64,000 bases of DNA from Selaginella moellendorffii (lineage: Eukaryota; Plantae; Lycopodiophyta): the NCBI RefSeq assembly GCF_000143415.4, contig NW_003314354.1:459989-523988 (forward strand), written 5' to 3'. The number at the start of each line of letters is the position of its first letter. Positions within the stretch are counted from its first letter, which is position 1. Below the pieces are notes generated by a model. It saw only the letters and a list, made by a program, of their open reading frames with translations. It searched no databases and was not told the origin of the DNA. Positions 24,887 through 36,423 of this stretch are shown in pieces. A program made the translations under genes and the position numbers.

Positions 24887-26014
24887 CTATTTCACTGCTA
24901 GTAGTGCTCCGAGCATTTGCTCAAACTCGTCGAGAGCTTGGAAGCAAGTTCCCGGCCTTTGAAGCGGTGGAAAGAAGAGCAAAGAAGCCGTCGTGAAGAT
25001 AAAGCCCAGCGTTATCACTACGCACATTACCTTGGGCAGCTTTGAGACGAGCGGGCCAAAGTTTCTTCGCAGTGCCACCTCCACGACCATCGCGAGGCCG
25101 TTGACCAGGAAGAACCCAGTCACCTGCCACGTCGGCGTTGACTTGGTGGTGTAGAGAAAAATCACTTCGTGCATGAGACCAGAGACGAGGAAGACTGCCA
25201 TGGTTGCCGTGGCTCTCACCCAGAGCGGTGACCGCGTACGGTCTGGTCCGGCTCGGCCCAACCTGGTTAGTACGGAGAGTACGGGCTCGTATACCGAGGC
25301 CCTGAGCATGCTGCTAACGAGTCGATTCCAGCGCTTGCCCCAAAACTCCGAGATGGATGCCGCGAGGAAGGGCTTGTCGAATTGCGGCTCGAGCTTCACA
25401 CCGATCGTGGCGGCGGCGATGGCGGGGATGGCCTCGAAGATGAGCGAGCAGGCAAGGTAGATATGGAGGGAATAGATGAGGTAGAGGAGGAGCTCGGGCA
25501 TGCCGCGGTCGCGGAATGCGTAGGCGGAGAAAAGGAGCACGACGAGCAGGACCTTGATCGAGGCCCGGATGATCACGGCCTGCCAGGCGAGGGATTCTTG
25601 GAGCCATATCCAGGAGGATTTCCAGGATATCGGGGCCGATCGATCGTCTGGAGCTGGAGCGGCATTGGATTCTGCCGCATTGCTGCTCGCATCGATGAGG
25701 CTGCGCGGGATGTTGATGGAGAGCGCCATGGCCGCGAAGAATCGGGGGAAGCTGGCCGTGACGGATGGATCTTGGACGGCGCCGAGGTTCCAGCAGAGGA
25801 GGAGGAGCTTGGACGGGATCATCCACAGGAAGAAGAAGGAGAGGACCGCTCTTAGGTGGATGGTGGGAACGTCCCAGGCGGATCGATAGAGGAGAACGAT
25901 CCATGGCAGCAACGCGACGAGCCGAGGGATTCCAACGGGCAGGCGGAGGAGGACAATGTAAGCGAAGACGATGCAGCCAATGCCTCCAGCGGCGACGTCT
26001 CCTCCCCTGACCAT
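24887..26014 (-). CDS. MBOAT-family wax synthase / long-chain-alcohol O-fatty-acyltransferase-like, single exon
   Basis: LEPQFDKPFLAASISEFWGKRWNRLVSSMLRASVYEP and FLVSGLMHE motifs; multiple hydrophobic segments. Confidence 0.92.
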   Translation of the reverse strand: MVRGGDVAAGGIGCIVFAYIVLLRLPVGIPRLVALLPWIVLLYRSAWDVPTIHLRAVLSFFFLWMIPSKLLLLCWNLGAVQDPSVTASFPRFFAAMALSINIPRSLIDASSNAAESNAAPAPDDRSAPISWKSSWIWLQESLAWQAVIIRASIKVLLVVLLFSAYAFRDRGMPELLLYLIYSLHIYLACSLIFEAIPAIAAATIGVKLEPQFDKPFLAASISEFWGKRWNRLVSSMLRASVYEPVLSVLTRLGRAGPDRTRSPLWVRATATMAVFLVSGLMHEVIFLYTTKSTPTWQVTGFFLVNGLAMVVEVALRRNFGPLVSKLPKVMCVVITLGFIFTTASLLFFPPLQRPGTCFQALDEFEQMLGALLAVK

Positions 26015-26027
26015 TTGCCCCCGGAAG

Positions 26028-26043
26028 AGCCCTAATTAGGGCT
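26028..26043. promoter_or_regulatory. Perfect 16-bp palindrome AGCCCTAATTAGGGCT (two telo-box-like half sites) between divergent start codons
   Basis: Self-complementary sequence seen directly; lies between the MBOAT ATG (26014) and the HRD3 ATG (26052). The regulatory role is inferred. Confidence 0.55.
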
Positions 26044-26051
26044 TGGGCGAG

Positions 26052-28386
26052 ATGCTGGTAGCGCGGGTTGTGCTGCTCTTCCTCCTCCTCTCGACGACCT
26101 TGCTGGGGGCGAGGGNNNNNNNNNNNNNNNNNNNNNNNNNNNNNNNNNNNNNNNNNNNNNNNNNNNNNNNNNNNNNNNNNNNNNNNNNNNNNNNNNNNNN
26201 NNNNNNNNNNNNNNNNNNNNNNNNNGAGGATGGATCGGTGCCTCCCGAGCCCGAGGAGTCTTTTTCCGACTGGGATTTCCCGGATTTGGACGGGACGGAG
26301 ATCGAGGAGCCGGATCCAGGATCGTGGAGGTTGGTGATGGAAGAAGTGGAGCACGGCAGGAACGATTCTTACGGTGCCGCGGTAGCCCAGCTGATCAATT
26401 CGGTGAATGATGGGGAGCTTGAGTTGATCCAGACTGCGGTGAAGGAGCTCCAGGGTCTAGCGGATCAAGGCCATGCTCATGCTCAGTCAACACTCGCGTC
26501 GCTCTACGGACACGGCTACGGTATGGAACAAAGTGACCTCAAGTCGTTTTTGTTCCACCATTTTGCTGCTGAGGGAGGGAATTATCAATCAAAGATGGCG
26601 CTCGCCTACAGCTACTACAGACAGCAAGTGAGTTATTTCTTCTTTTCTCTCTCTTTGGATTGATGATGAGTGTTGTTTTTCCCAGCTCTTCGAAGAGGCA
26701 GCTCATCTTTACGCCGAGCTCGCAGCAGCCGCTGTGGCCAGTTTTGTGTCTGCCAAAGAGGGGCCTTTGATCGAACACGTCCGTCTGAATTACGGTCCCG
26801 AGGAGAGTAAAGACTCGCTCAAGAAGTTCCGAGGTGAAGAGGATGACGATTTCCAGTTCCTTGAGTACCAAGCACAGAAGGGGAACTCAGCCGCAATGCA
26901 CAAGATTGGTGTCATCTATTACTACGGACTGAGAGGTATTCCTCGTGACCACATCAGGGCGTTGTCGTGGTTTACGAAATCAGTCGAAAAGGGAGACTCG
27001 GCCTCTCTGGAATTCCTTGGCGAGATTTATGCCCGTGGTTTCGGAGTGGAGAGGAACTACACAAAAGCGTATGACTATTTCAAGAAGGCTATACGTGAGA
27101 AGCGTTTCTCGGCTTATAACGGGATCGGGTACTTGTACTTTATCGGGCAGGGAGTCGACAAGAAAAACATGACAAAGGTGAGACAGCGTTCTAATTTTTC
27201 CTTTTGCGTGTTCTTAACAACACTCTGGCGTGTCTGCAGGCCAAGGAATTTTACAAAAGAGCGGCAGATCATAATGATCCCAATGGTTTTTATAACTTGG
27301 GAGTCATCTATCTCAAGGGTGCCGGCGTCAAGAAAAGTATCAAGATGGCAAGTCGGTACCTGATCCTTGCGGCTAACACCGGTCATCCTAAAGCGTATTA
27401 CCAACTTGCAAAAATGCAGCAGAGGGGCCTTGGTATGAAAAAGGACTTGCCTACGGTAAGTTCTTAATTCCCACATTCGTCCTCACATTACAATTTTCGA
27501 CTGCAGGCTGTGGATTTGTACAAGGCCGTGGCCGAAAGGGGTCCATGGGGAGCTCTACTGCGATGGGGACTTGAAAGTTACCTGAAGGGCGAGATCGCTC
27601 TTTCTTTGCTGCTTTACTCCAGAGCTGCCGAGCTTGGCTACGAGGTGGCCCAAAGCAACGCGGCATGGATACTCGACAAGTTTCATGAAGAAGCAGTCTG
27701 CATTGGCAAAAATGGTTACTGTACCGTTGAAGAACGCCATCACCGTGCGCACACGCTGTGGCGTTTTGCGTCGGAACAGGGAAACGAGTATGCGGCTTTG
27801 TTAATTGGTGATGCGTACTACTATGGACGGGTATATTACTTTTCTTTGCCTGGCTGGGAGGCACTCACTATTGGTACTTTTTGCAGGGAACAGTGAAAGA
27901 TTTGGATCGTGCTGCAGAGGCATATATGCGAGCACGTTTACAGTTTAACGCACAGGCAATGTATAACATCGGCTACATGCATGAACACGGTTTGGGCTTA
28001 CCCAAGGACTTCCATCTCGCCAAGAGGTACTACGACCTGGCCCTGGACGCAGACCAAAGCGCCTTCTTACCAATCTATCTTGCTCTGGGAGTTCTCTGGC
28101 TGCGGCAGCGTAACGAGGAAAGCATGCTGGTAAGTAGGCTACCTTTCTCTTTCTCAGATATGTTTCCTGATTCGAGCTTTAACAGGTGAAAGCTATTGAC
28201 ATGCTCCCGGAACTGAGTAAACAATTCACGACCTGGGCCCGAGACTTTACTACGGCTTTCTCCATTGAGGAAGGCAACGCGACTTTACTCACTCTGGTGG
28301 TGTGCCTGGTGACTGTTCTATACCTGCGATCTTTACGACGCCAGCAAAGGCAGCAAGAGGATGCCGTCTATGGTGAACAGGAATGA
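26052..28386 (+). CDS. HRD3: ERAD component HRD3/SEL1L (Sel1-like repeats, signal peptide, C-terminal TM); contains an assembly gap
   Basis: [20 protein letters not shown]; [20 protein letters not shown]; [17 protein letters not shown]; [14 protein letters not shown]; [21 protein letters not shown]. Confidence 0.95.
26116..26225. other. Assembly gap (N run)
   Basis: Run of N bases. Confidence 0.97.
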
Positions 28387-28945
28387 GGTCGTATGATATC
28401 ATTGTATACGTTTAGAGCAGCGGACTAATCATAATCGAAAGCGCAAGGAAAATTTTTGTTTTATCACTTTGTCTGGCTTACTTTGGTGACTGGCAGGAAG
28501 CGAGGCAGGCATCGCTATCAGCTGGGGAGAGAACTTATCCCCTCGGGACAGGGAACTTTTCATTGGTCATCCTGGATTCTGCCAGCTCGGCACTCGCGTT
28601 TTTCAGCAGCCAGCTTTGGGTTGGAGGAGCTCTTGGGCCTGCAAACATATGCCACAAGTAAGTTCGTCTGGGTGTTTTTCTTTTTTCGTCAGCCAGAGTA
28701 ACTAACCGGGAGCTCTTTGATTCAGTGGGGACGAGGAACAGTGAGCATCGCTAAGATGGTGTGCTCAATTGTCAACCTCAATCGTTCTGCCATGATCCCA
28801 GACCATGAACAGACGTCCTTCGCTGCTCCTCCACTAAGCTAGCCACCACAGCTCACGGCCATTGGGGAAGAAAGCTAGAAAAAAAAAAGAACAAGAACAG
28901 AACGAGGACACTGGGAACAAAAAAAACTTGGGAAATTGCTACGTG

Positions 28946-31001
28946 ATGGCGGTCACTTCGAGCAAACGCGTTGGTCGAAACAGCTTCAGCATGAGGCGCA
29001 CCAACGATTGGTAAGTTGGATTCATCATGACTTGGCTCCGGGTTTTACTGCTTTCTACCGTTTTCTCATCGCAGGGTCATGTCGACTGACGTCCCGACGG
29101 ATATCACGGTAGACATCTGCGGAACCAGCTTTGCCCTCCACAAGGTAGCGGAGCTTCTTCCTTCACTCTCCACCAACAGAATTTCTCATGAATTTTGGTG
29201 CGGGTTTCATGCTCTCGTGGTTACAGTTCCCCCTGGTGTCGAGGAGCGGAAGGCTGCGAAAGCTCGTCGCGGAAGCCAGGGACTCGGACCTGTCCCGAGT
29301 CGAATTCAATGACATCCCCGGCGGGCCGGAAGGATTTGAAATGGCTGCGAAGTTCTGCTACGGCATCAACTTCGAGATCACGGCGTCCAACGTTGCAATC
29401 CTCCGGTGCGTAGCAGAGTATCTGGAGATGACGGACGACTTTGGCCAGGCAAATCTCGCGTCCAGGAGCGAGGCCTTCATCGAAGACGTGGTGATGCACA
29501 GCTTCGGGAGCTCAATCACGGTTCTCCACAGCTGCGAGAAGCTCCTTCCAATGGCGGAGCAGCTCAACATTGTCAACCGGTGTGTCCAAGCAGCAGGGGC
29601 CAAGGCCAGCCACGAGGCGCTCTCCCTCGCAGCTCGTCCAGAGTACCGCAATGCCAAGACGCCTCCGCAGCTCGACTGGTGGGCCGAGGACCTCTCCATT
29701 CTCAGCCTCGACTTCTACCAGAGGGTGCTGGCCGTGATGAGAAGCCAGGGGATGCCGCAGGAGAACCTGTGGGGGAGCCTCATGCACTACGCGCAGCAGG
29801 CTCTGAAAGGATTCAACAGCACCAGCAGCAAGAGCCCCGGAAGATCGGTCACCGGACTGGAGCACGAGCAGCGGATGCTCGTGGAGACCATCGTCGGTTT
29901 GCTGCCACCGGACAAGAGATCTGCGTCTTGCGGCTTCCTCTTCGGGCTCTTGCGGACGTCGATCATCCTGGACACCACGGTTGCCTGCCGACTAGAGCTG
30001 GAGAGGCGGATCTCATTGCAGCTGGACGAGGCGACGCTGGACGACCTGCTGATACCATCGTTCTCGTTCGCGGCCGATACCCTCTTCGACACGGACCTCG
30101 TCCATCGCCTGCTCTCGAGCTTCCTCCAGCACCATCTCCAGGACGAGTCCAAGGCGTCGCAGAGCTCGCTGGCAAAGGTGGCGAAGTTGATGGACAGCTA
30201 TTTGGCGGAAGTAGCGCCGGATGCCAACCTCAAAGTCTCCAAGTTCATCGCGCTGGCCGAGTTGCTGCCCGAGCACTCGAGGATGGTCGAGGATGGATTG
30301 TATAGAGCGGTGGATATCTTCCTCAAGGCAAGCTAGCTTTCTTCCTTGTGTTTTTCCACTTTCTTCGTTGGCGAAGAACACCTCTTTGATCCAAACTCTT
30401 CCTGTTCCTCCAGGCCCATCCTTTGCTCGTCGAGGCCGATCGCAAGAGAATCTGCAAGCTCATGGATCCCCAGCGCCTGTCCCAAGAGGCGTGCAGCCAT
30501 GCCGCGCAAAACGAGCGCTTGCCCGCGCACTTCATCATCCAGGTTCTCTACTTCGAGCAGCTGAGAATCAAGACCGCGCTCGCAAACTATGCCATCGAGA
30601 TGCCCAAGGGCGATCACGGCCCGACCCCCATCGCCGCGGCGCTGCGATCGTCCACGGCTGCTGCCAATGCCGCTGCTGCCGCCGCTGCCGCCGCTGCCGA
30701 TGCGAATCCCCAATCCGCGCTGCGGAGGGAGAACAAGGAGCTCAAGATCGAGCTTACCAGGATGAAGATCAGGCTATCAGACTTGGAGAAGGAGCAGAGC
30801 CCGGGAGTATCGAGGGCGAGTGAGGAGAAGAGGCTGAGCAGCCCGACGTCGTCCGCCGCTAGCTCGCCTGGATCCGGCCGGTTCTTCCACACTGTGTCGC
30901 GGCGCCTTGGAAAGCTTAATCCGTTTGGGAAGAGCTCGCTCAAGCCGCCGGCCACGCCCGAGCTCCAGAAGCCGCGGCGCCGCCGGCATTCGATCTCGTG
31001 A
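28946..31001 (+). CDS. BTB/POZ-NPH3 (NRL family) protein, 4 coding exons
   Basis: W|VMSTDVPTDITVDICGTSFALHK|FPLVSRSG; PGGPEGFEMAAKFCYG; DWWAEDL; DGLYRAVDIFLK|AHP; HAAQNERLP; C-terminal RRRRHSIS. Confidence 0.94.
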
Positions 31002-31092
31002 CGCTCGATCGAGAAGCTCTCGATCGCTCCAGCAGAAGAAGAAATCCAATTTTTAGTCTCCAAGAACTCCAAGAACCCTAGAGTATTGTCAA

Positions 31093-31932
31093 ATGGATAG
31101 GCAGGAAGCGCGCGTGGAGATGGTGGTGATCGCCGGCGAGGATCTCAAGAATGTGACGAGCTTGCTCATGTCTGGCAGCAAGATGAGCTCCTACGTGGTG
31201 TGCTGGGTGGATCCGTGCTCCAAGCGCTCCACCAGGATCATCAAGAGAGGCGGTAGGGATCCCGTGTGGAATGAGGCGCTGTCGCTGCCCGTGGATGCGA
31301 TTGCGCTCGCCAATCCCTACGCCTGCCTCACGCTCCAGGTGATGAGCAGCCGATCGGGGGGGGACGATGCGGTAGTGGGCAAGGCGTGGATGCCGCTCCA
31401 CGAGATCGCGAGGCTCTCCACCACGACCTCGGCATTCGATAATATCATCTCTCTCGGCGTCCAGCGGCCGTCTGGGAGGATGCAAGGCTCGATCCGGCTG
31501 TGCGTGTGCTTGATCGGGGCGGGATTCCACAATGCTGGTTCCACGAGTGGGGGAAATTTCCATCCGGGCAAGCCGATGCTCCAAATCCAAATGCCCCAGC
31601 ACCAGATTTCTTCTCCTGTTGAGAGCTCGCTTGAGGAATTCGCGAGTCCATCGTCATCCTCGGGAGGAGGAGGGGCACCAATCCAGCCGGTGGAAGGGAT
31701 CCCAGTGATTGGCTTTGCTGCTGGGGCAACGAGCTACCATCAAGGCCACCACCACTTCCAAATGCCGCCATATCTTCCATCTCCATCGGCACCACCAGTT
31801 CTTCCTGATCACAACGGTAACGGGAATGGTAACGCTCGTGGTCATGGTCATGGTAATGGTAATGGTCTACTTCTGGGGCTTTTGGGTGGTGCCTTGGCTG
31901 CGCTTGTGCTGGGTGATATTTTTTTCCAGTGA
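31093..31932 (+). CDS. C2-domain protein (SRC2/BAP-like) with a Pro/Gly-rich region and hydrophobic C-terminus, single exon
   Basis: VEMVVIAGEDLKNV..YVVCWVDP..STRIIKRGGRDPVWNE..VGKAWMPL..RPSGRMQGSI; tail GLLLGLLGGALAALVLG. Confidence 0.88.
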   Translation: MDRQEARVEMVVIAGEDLKNVTSLLMSGSKMSSYVVCWVDPCSKRSTRIIKRGGRDPVWNEALSLPVDAIALANPYACLTLQVMSSRSGGDDAVVGKAWMPLHEIARLSTTTSAFDNIISLGVQRPSGRMQGSIRLCVCLIGAGFHNAGSTSGGNFHPGKPMLQIQMPQHQISSPVESSLEEFASPSSSSGGGGAPIQPVEGIPVIGFAAGATSYHQGHHHFQMPPYLPSPSAPPVLPDHNGNGNGNARGHGHGNGNGLLLGLLGGALAALVLGDIFFQ

Positions 31933-32134
31933 AGATCTGGCTGCTTGGGTGACATGTTTTTCCAGTGGGATCTGTTGCTTCTCTTTTCTTTGTGGATACT
32001 GTGCTTGCTTGCTGCTGCTTGGGATTTAAAATTATTCTGAGTGCGTTGCTGCCGGCCTCGAGTTTGTCATTATCATCACCTCGTAGATGTGTTCGTCATT
32101 TTAGTCGAAGGTGTTCTTCCTGGTTGTTTGGGTC

Positions 32135-35100
32135 ATGGCGGAAGTGGGTCTCGCCTTGGGCTCCTTGCCGGTGTCCAGGCAGATTGTTTCTTCGAGAAAA
32201 GCAAGAATTAGAGCTGCTGGATTTGGGTCCTGGTTTCCTGGCTTTCAGCTGAAATGCTCTCGGCTAACAGCCGAGGCGAAGGCTCATCCGCGAATTGTCC
32301 AAGCCGAACACAATCTGGTAAGTAACTAGTTTCTTCAACTGGGTTCCTGATGGCTTTTTGTGTTTCACAGAGTCTGGAAGATGTGAAGGAGACATCGGAG
32401 GTGGAGAAGCCGCTTAAAGTAGCTTTAATTTGCGGGGGACCTTCAGCCGAGAGAGGGATATCTTTAAACTCTGCAAGATCCGTTCTTGATCACCTCCAGG
32501 TGGTGTTCTCTTCTTATCCATTTTTTTTTTTTTTCGCAATTTGTGTAACGAAAACGTTGGTGCAGGCGGAAGATGTTGAAGTTGATTGTTACTACATGGA
32601 TCAGCAACTTCGTGCCTATGCAATTTCACCTTCTCAGGTTCGTCACCTTGCAAAATGATGAAGTGGAGAAATTGTGGGCTATGCTTGATACTTCTGCAGA
32701 TGTACTGTAACACGCCTTCTGATTTCGATTTTAAGCTGCACAGGTGACAGACGAATTCATGTACGCATTTTTTAATTTTTTTTCTCATCATTTGTATTTT
32801 GGCAGCTTGGCTCAATGCTTCACGTCCCAGGCCGATTTCTTGCGACGGTTAAAATCTTCCGTCGATATTGTGTTCCCGGTGATACACGGGAAATTTGGTG
32901 AAGACGGAGGCCTACAGGTTATAGAAAGAATTGCAAAAGCTGTAACCTTTCAAATCCCGTGAACTGTGCAGGAACTTCTGGAATCCGCTGGAATACCGTT
33001 CGTGGGAACTGGTTCTTCAGCAGCCCGTTGTGCCTTCGATAAGGTAAGCTTTGATGGTATTTTGTATTGCCTTAATTTTGGATATTGCAGTATGAAGCAG
33101 CAAAAGAGCTTTCCCGTTTTGGATTTGTGACAATTCCAAGCTTTCTTATTGACGTAAGTCCCTTTTTCTTGAGCCAACTTGAAAATACTTCCTTCCAGAG
33201 TCCCGAGATTGATAAGGCAGCATTGGTAGAATGGTTCAAGGCTAACGATTTGAATCCTTCTTCAGATCGTGTTGTGGTAAGGCTTCACCAGGAGATAGTT
33301 GACTCTATCCGCTTTTCAACAGGTGAAACCAGCCAAATCGGGATCAAGCATAGGGGTTACTGTGGCTCATGGACTCGACGAGGTCATCCGTGATGCTGAG
33401 ACTTTACTTAAAGAGGTGAGTGATACCGACAAGTTGTCTTTGTGTTTAAAAGAAGAATTTATTTTGTCCAGGGCATTGATGACAGAATCGTGGTGGAAGT
33501 TTTTCTGCAAGGCTGTACAGAATTTACCGTCATTATTCTCGATACTGGTTCTGGTGAACAAGTTCAGCCAGTTGCTCTTCTTCCCACAGAGGTATACATT
33601 TGCGTGCTGGGCCTACTTAAACGTATTTTATCGCTGTAGGTGGAACTGTTACATGCCGATGGGCAGTCGATAGGTGAAAAGATTTTCAATTACCGGAGAA
33701 AGTATCTTCCAACTAGACAGGTATGGCATGTATATCCGTTTCATTTGTACTTAAGATCTTTCAGGTTTCTTACCACACACCTCCTCGTTTTCCTGTTCAA
33801 ACCATTCAAAGCATACGTTCTGGTGCCTCGAAGCTTTTCACACTCCTGAATCTACGTGATTTTGCTCGAGTAGATGGCTGGTTACTTCCACCTTCAAGTT
33901 CATTCAACAAATCAAATGATTTTTTGGTCGTCTTTTCGGATGTCAATCTGGTAGTAAAGTCGTTTCTCATTTATATGTGAGTGCAACTGACTCAGTGAAC
34001 AGGTTAGCGGCATGGAGCAAACAAGTTTTCTGTTTCAACAAGCTGCACAGGTATAAGTTCAACAAGTACGTTTTATCATGCTGTATTGACACCATGTGAA
34101 GGTTGGTCTGAGCCACAGAGATGTTCTGCGGTTAGTCCTGAATCGAGCGCGCACAAGATATCCCAGCCTTTCAAATTTTCCTCAGGTGGGATTGCATGAA
34201 GTTGATGGCACTCCGCAAACAAGTAAACGAAAAGTCTACGTCTTGTTTGGAGGAGGAAGCTCAGAACGACAAGTGTCATTGATGAGCGGAACCAATGTTT
34301 GGCTCAATCTTCGCGGCTGTAAGGACGTAAGTTTTGGTCACCTGAATCAATGGATACTCAACCGTTTGTATTTCCTACGACAGCTCGATGTCTCTCCATT
34401 TGTTCTTGTACCCCAATCAAGGGGTGAATCGCCGGAATCAAGATCAATTTGGGCACTTCCGTAAGTTTATTTACTCGTCCTTTTCGCGAATAACAGTATT
34501 TTGCATGACAAGGTATGCTTGTGTGCTTCGTCACACTGTGGAAGAGGTGGTTGACGGTTGTTTAGAGGCACTGGATCCTGGTTTTTCTGCTGTTTCTGGC
34601 TCACTCAAAGCACAAGTGATGTCAGAACTTAGTTCCAGTGGTTCTAAAGTTGATTACAATGTGGGATCCGGCGTCCCAACGAAGTTGTCCATGAGTGAAT
34701 GGATTCAGCATGCTAAGGATGAGGACGCTATTGTTTTTATAGCAGGTAAAAACTCTGAATTTTTTGCTGTTTATTGTAGTAACCGCGCGCCTTGTGCAGT
34801 GCACGGTGACATTGGGGAGAACGGGATATTGCAAGAGATGCTCGAAGCGAAAGGCATACCATTTACAGGTGACATGATTTTGCATTTGCAAAGCTTCTTA
34901 CCGCGTGTATGGATTAGGATCTGGCGTGAAGGCATCCCGGATATGTATGGACAAAGCCGTTACAGGTCATACGATTTCTCCTGTAAGTCAGCTCTAATCG
35001 TTTTCTTGTTTTAATATGAGTTGTTTCGTTCCTTGTAGTTGAGTTCGAATGGAGTTTATAGTGCCCAAAGAGTTGTCTATAAGACAGCAGAGCTGCTTCA

Positions 35101-36145
35101 TGACTGTGGAGATAACAGGCAACTTTGGCTCTCGTTGCAAGACAAACTGGAAGATTCTAGCATATGTGTGAAACCAGCAGCTGATGGATGCTCCACGGGA
35201 GTTGCGAGATTATGGTAAGGAAGTCTAGTGACATGAAGAACGTTGCTGATAAAATTGCCGCAGCTGTGCAAGGGACTTGACGGTATATCTCACGGCATTG
35301 AAGGAAAAGCTACCTCGTTTGCTCCCAGGATCTCTCGGCAAGGTAAAAATTGTCATGACCTCCAGAAACCGATTCTAAGCTTGTACTTTGCAGCCGCATG
35401 GAATTATTGAACTTCCTACCACTATCCCGGATAGTTTGATCTTTGAACCGTTTATACAAACGGATGATATACTTGTGTGTGAAGAATCTCAAATCGCATG
35501 GGAAGGCAAGCATAGATGGGTGGAAATCACAGCTGGTGTGATTGGTAAGAAGGGTGCCATGCATGCTTTGCATCCAAGCATCACACTGAAGGAATCTGGC
35601 GACATTTTGTCCTTGGAAGAAAAGTTTCAAGGTTTGAACAATTCCACCCAACAAGTTAATTACGTTTTATTTTTGTTTCTTTCTTTGCAGGTGGTACTGG
35701 CGTCAATTTGACTCCACCACCTCCTCTCATTTGCAGGTTAGTTGTAAACCTTACGTTTGGCGTAGAGTCACAGGTTCTTTATTATCTTTCTGCAGTGAAG
35801 AAGCAGTACGTTCGTGTAGAGAGCGTATTGAACTTGTTGCCAACACCCTCCAATTGGAAGGATTTGCTCGAATTGATGCTTTCATGAATGTGGACACTGG
35901 AGAGGTATGGTTGTAATCACTTTCGAAATTCTTGACTCAAAATTGGCGACAGGTGATTGTTATAGAAGTGAACACGGTCCCTGGAATGACTCCCTCGACA
36001 GTTTTAATTCATCAGGTTTGAAGACAGATTCTAAGCTGCGTGTACAAACTGCTTACGCTGAAAATTTCAGGTGCTTGCGGAAACCACGCCATTATTTCCA
36101 CGAGAGTTCTTCCGAGCAGTCGTTGATTTAGGCTCAAAGCGGTAA
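32135..36145 (+). CDS. DDL: Plastid D-alanine--D-alanine ligase (tandem-duplicated Ddl domains, transit peptide), multi-exon
   Basis: LICGGPSAERGISLNSARS; FPVIHGKFGEDGG; KPAKSGSSIGV; second half VLFGGGSSERQVSLMSG, KPAADGCSTGV, SLEEKFQGGTG, EVNTVPGMT. Confidence 0.95.
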
Positions 36146-36423
36146 TCGCATCACAAGGAAGCTTTGATACCCGGTCGCATTTTCTCGAACATCCATTCCT
36201 AGTCGTTTCTTAACGACTCGGTTTTAATTTATACCATTAGCATATTGAAACCAATATCTGTTTTAGTTGAATAACAATGATTTAAACTAGCAGAAATTTA
36301 CCTAAACAATAATTTCATTTTGATTAATGGAATTCCAGAACTCGTATCTCATGCTCCGCTCGATCGCAGCCCACAGGGATTTCGATCCTGCCACGCTCCT
36401 CGTGGGTCGCTTTTGCCCTCTCC

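Noticed and set aside
25314-26354. Long overlapping ORFs in GC-rich genes (also 29406-30305 and 12211-12813)
   Set aside because: Expected by-products of high GC at third codon positions; some span an N gap.
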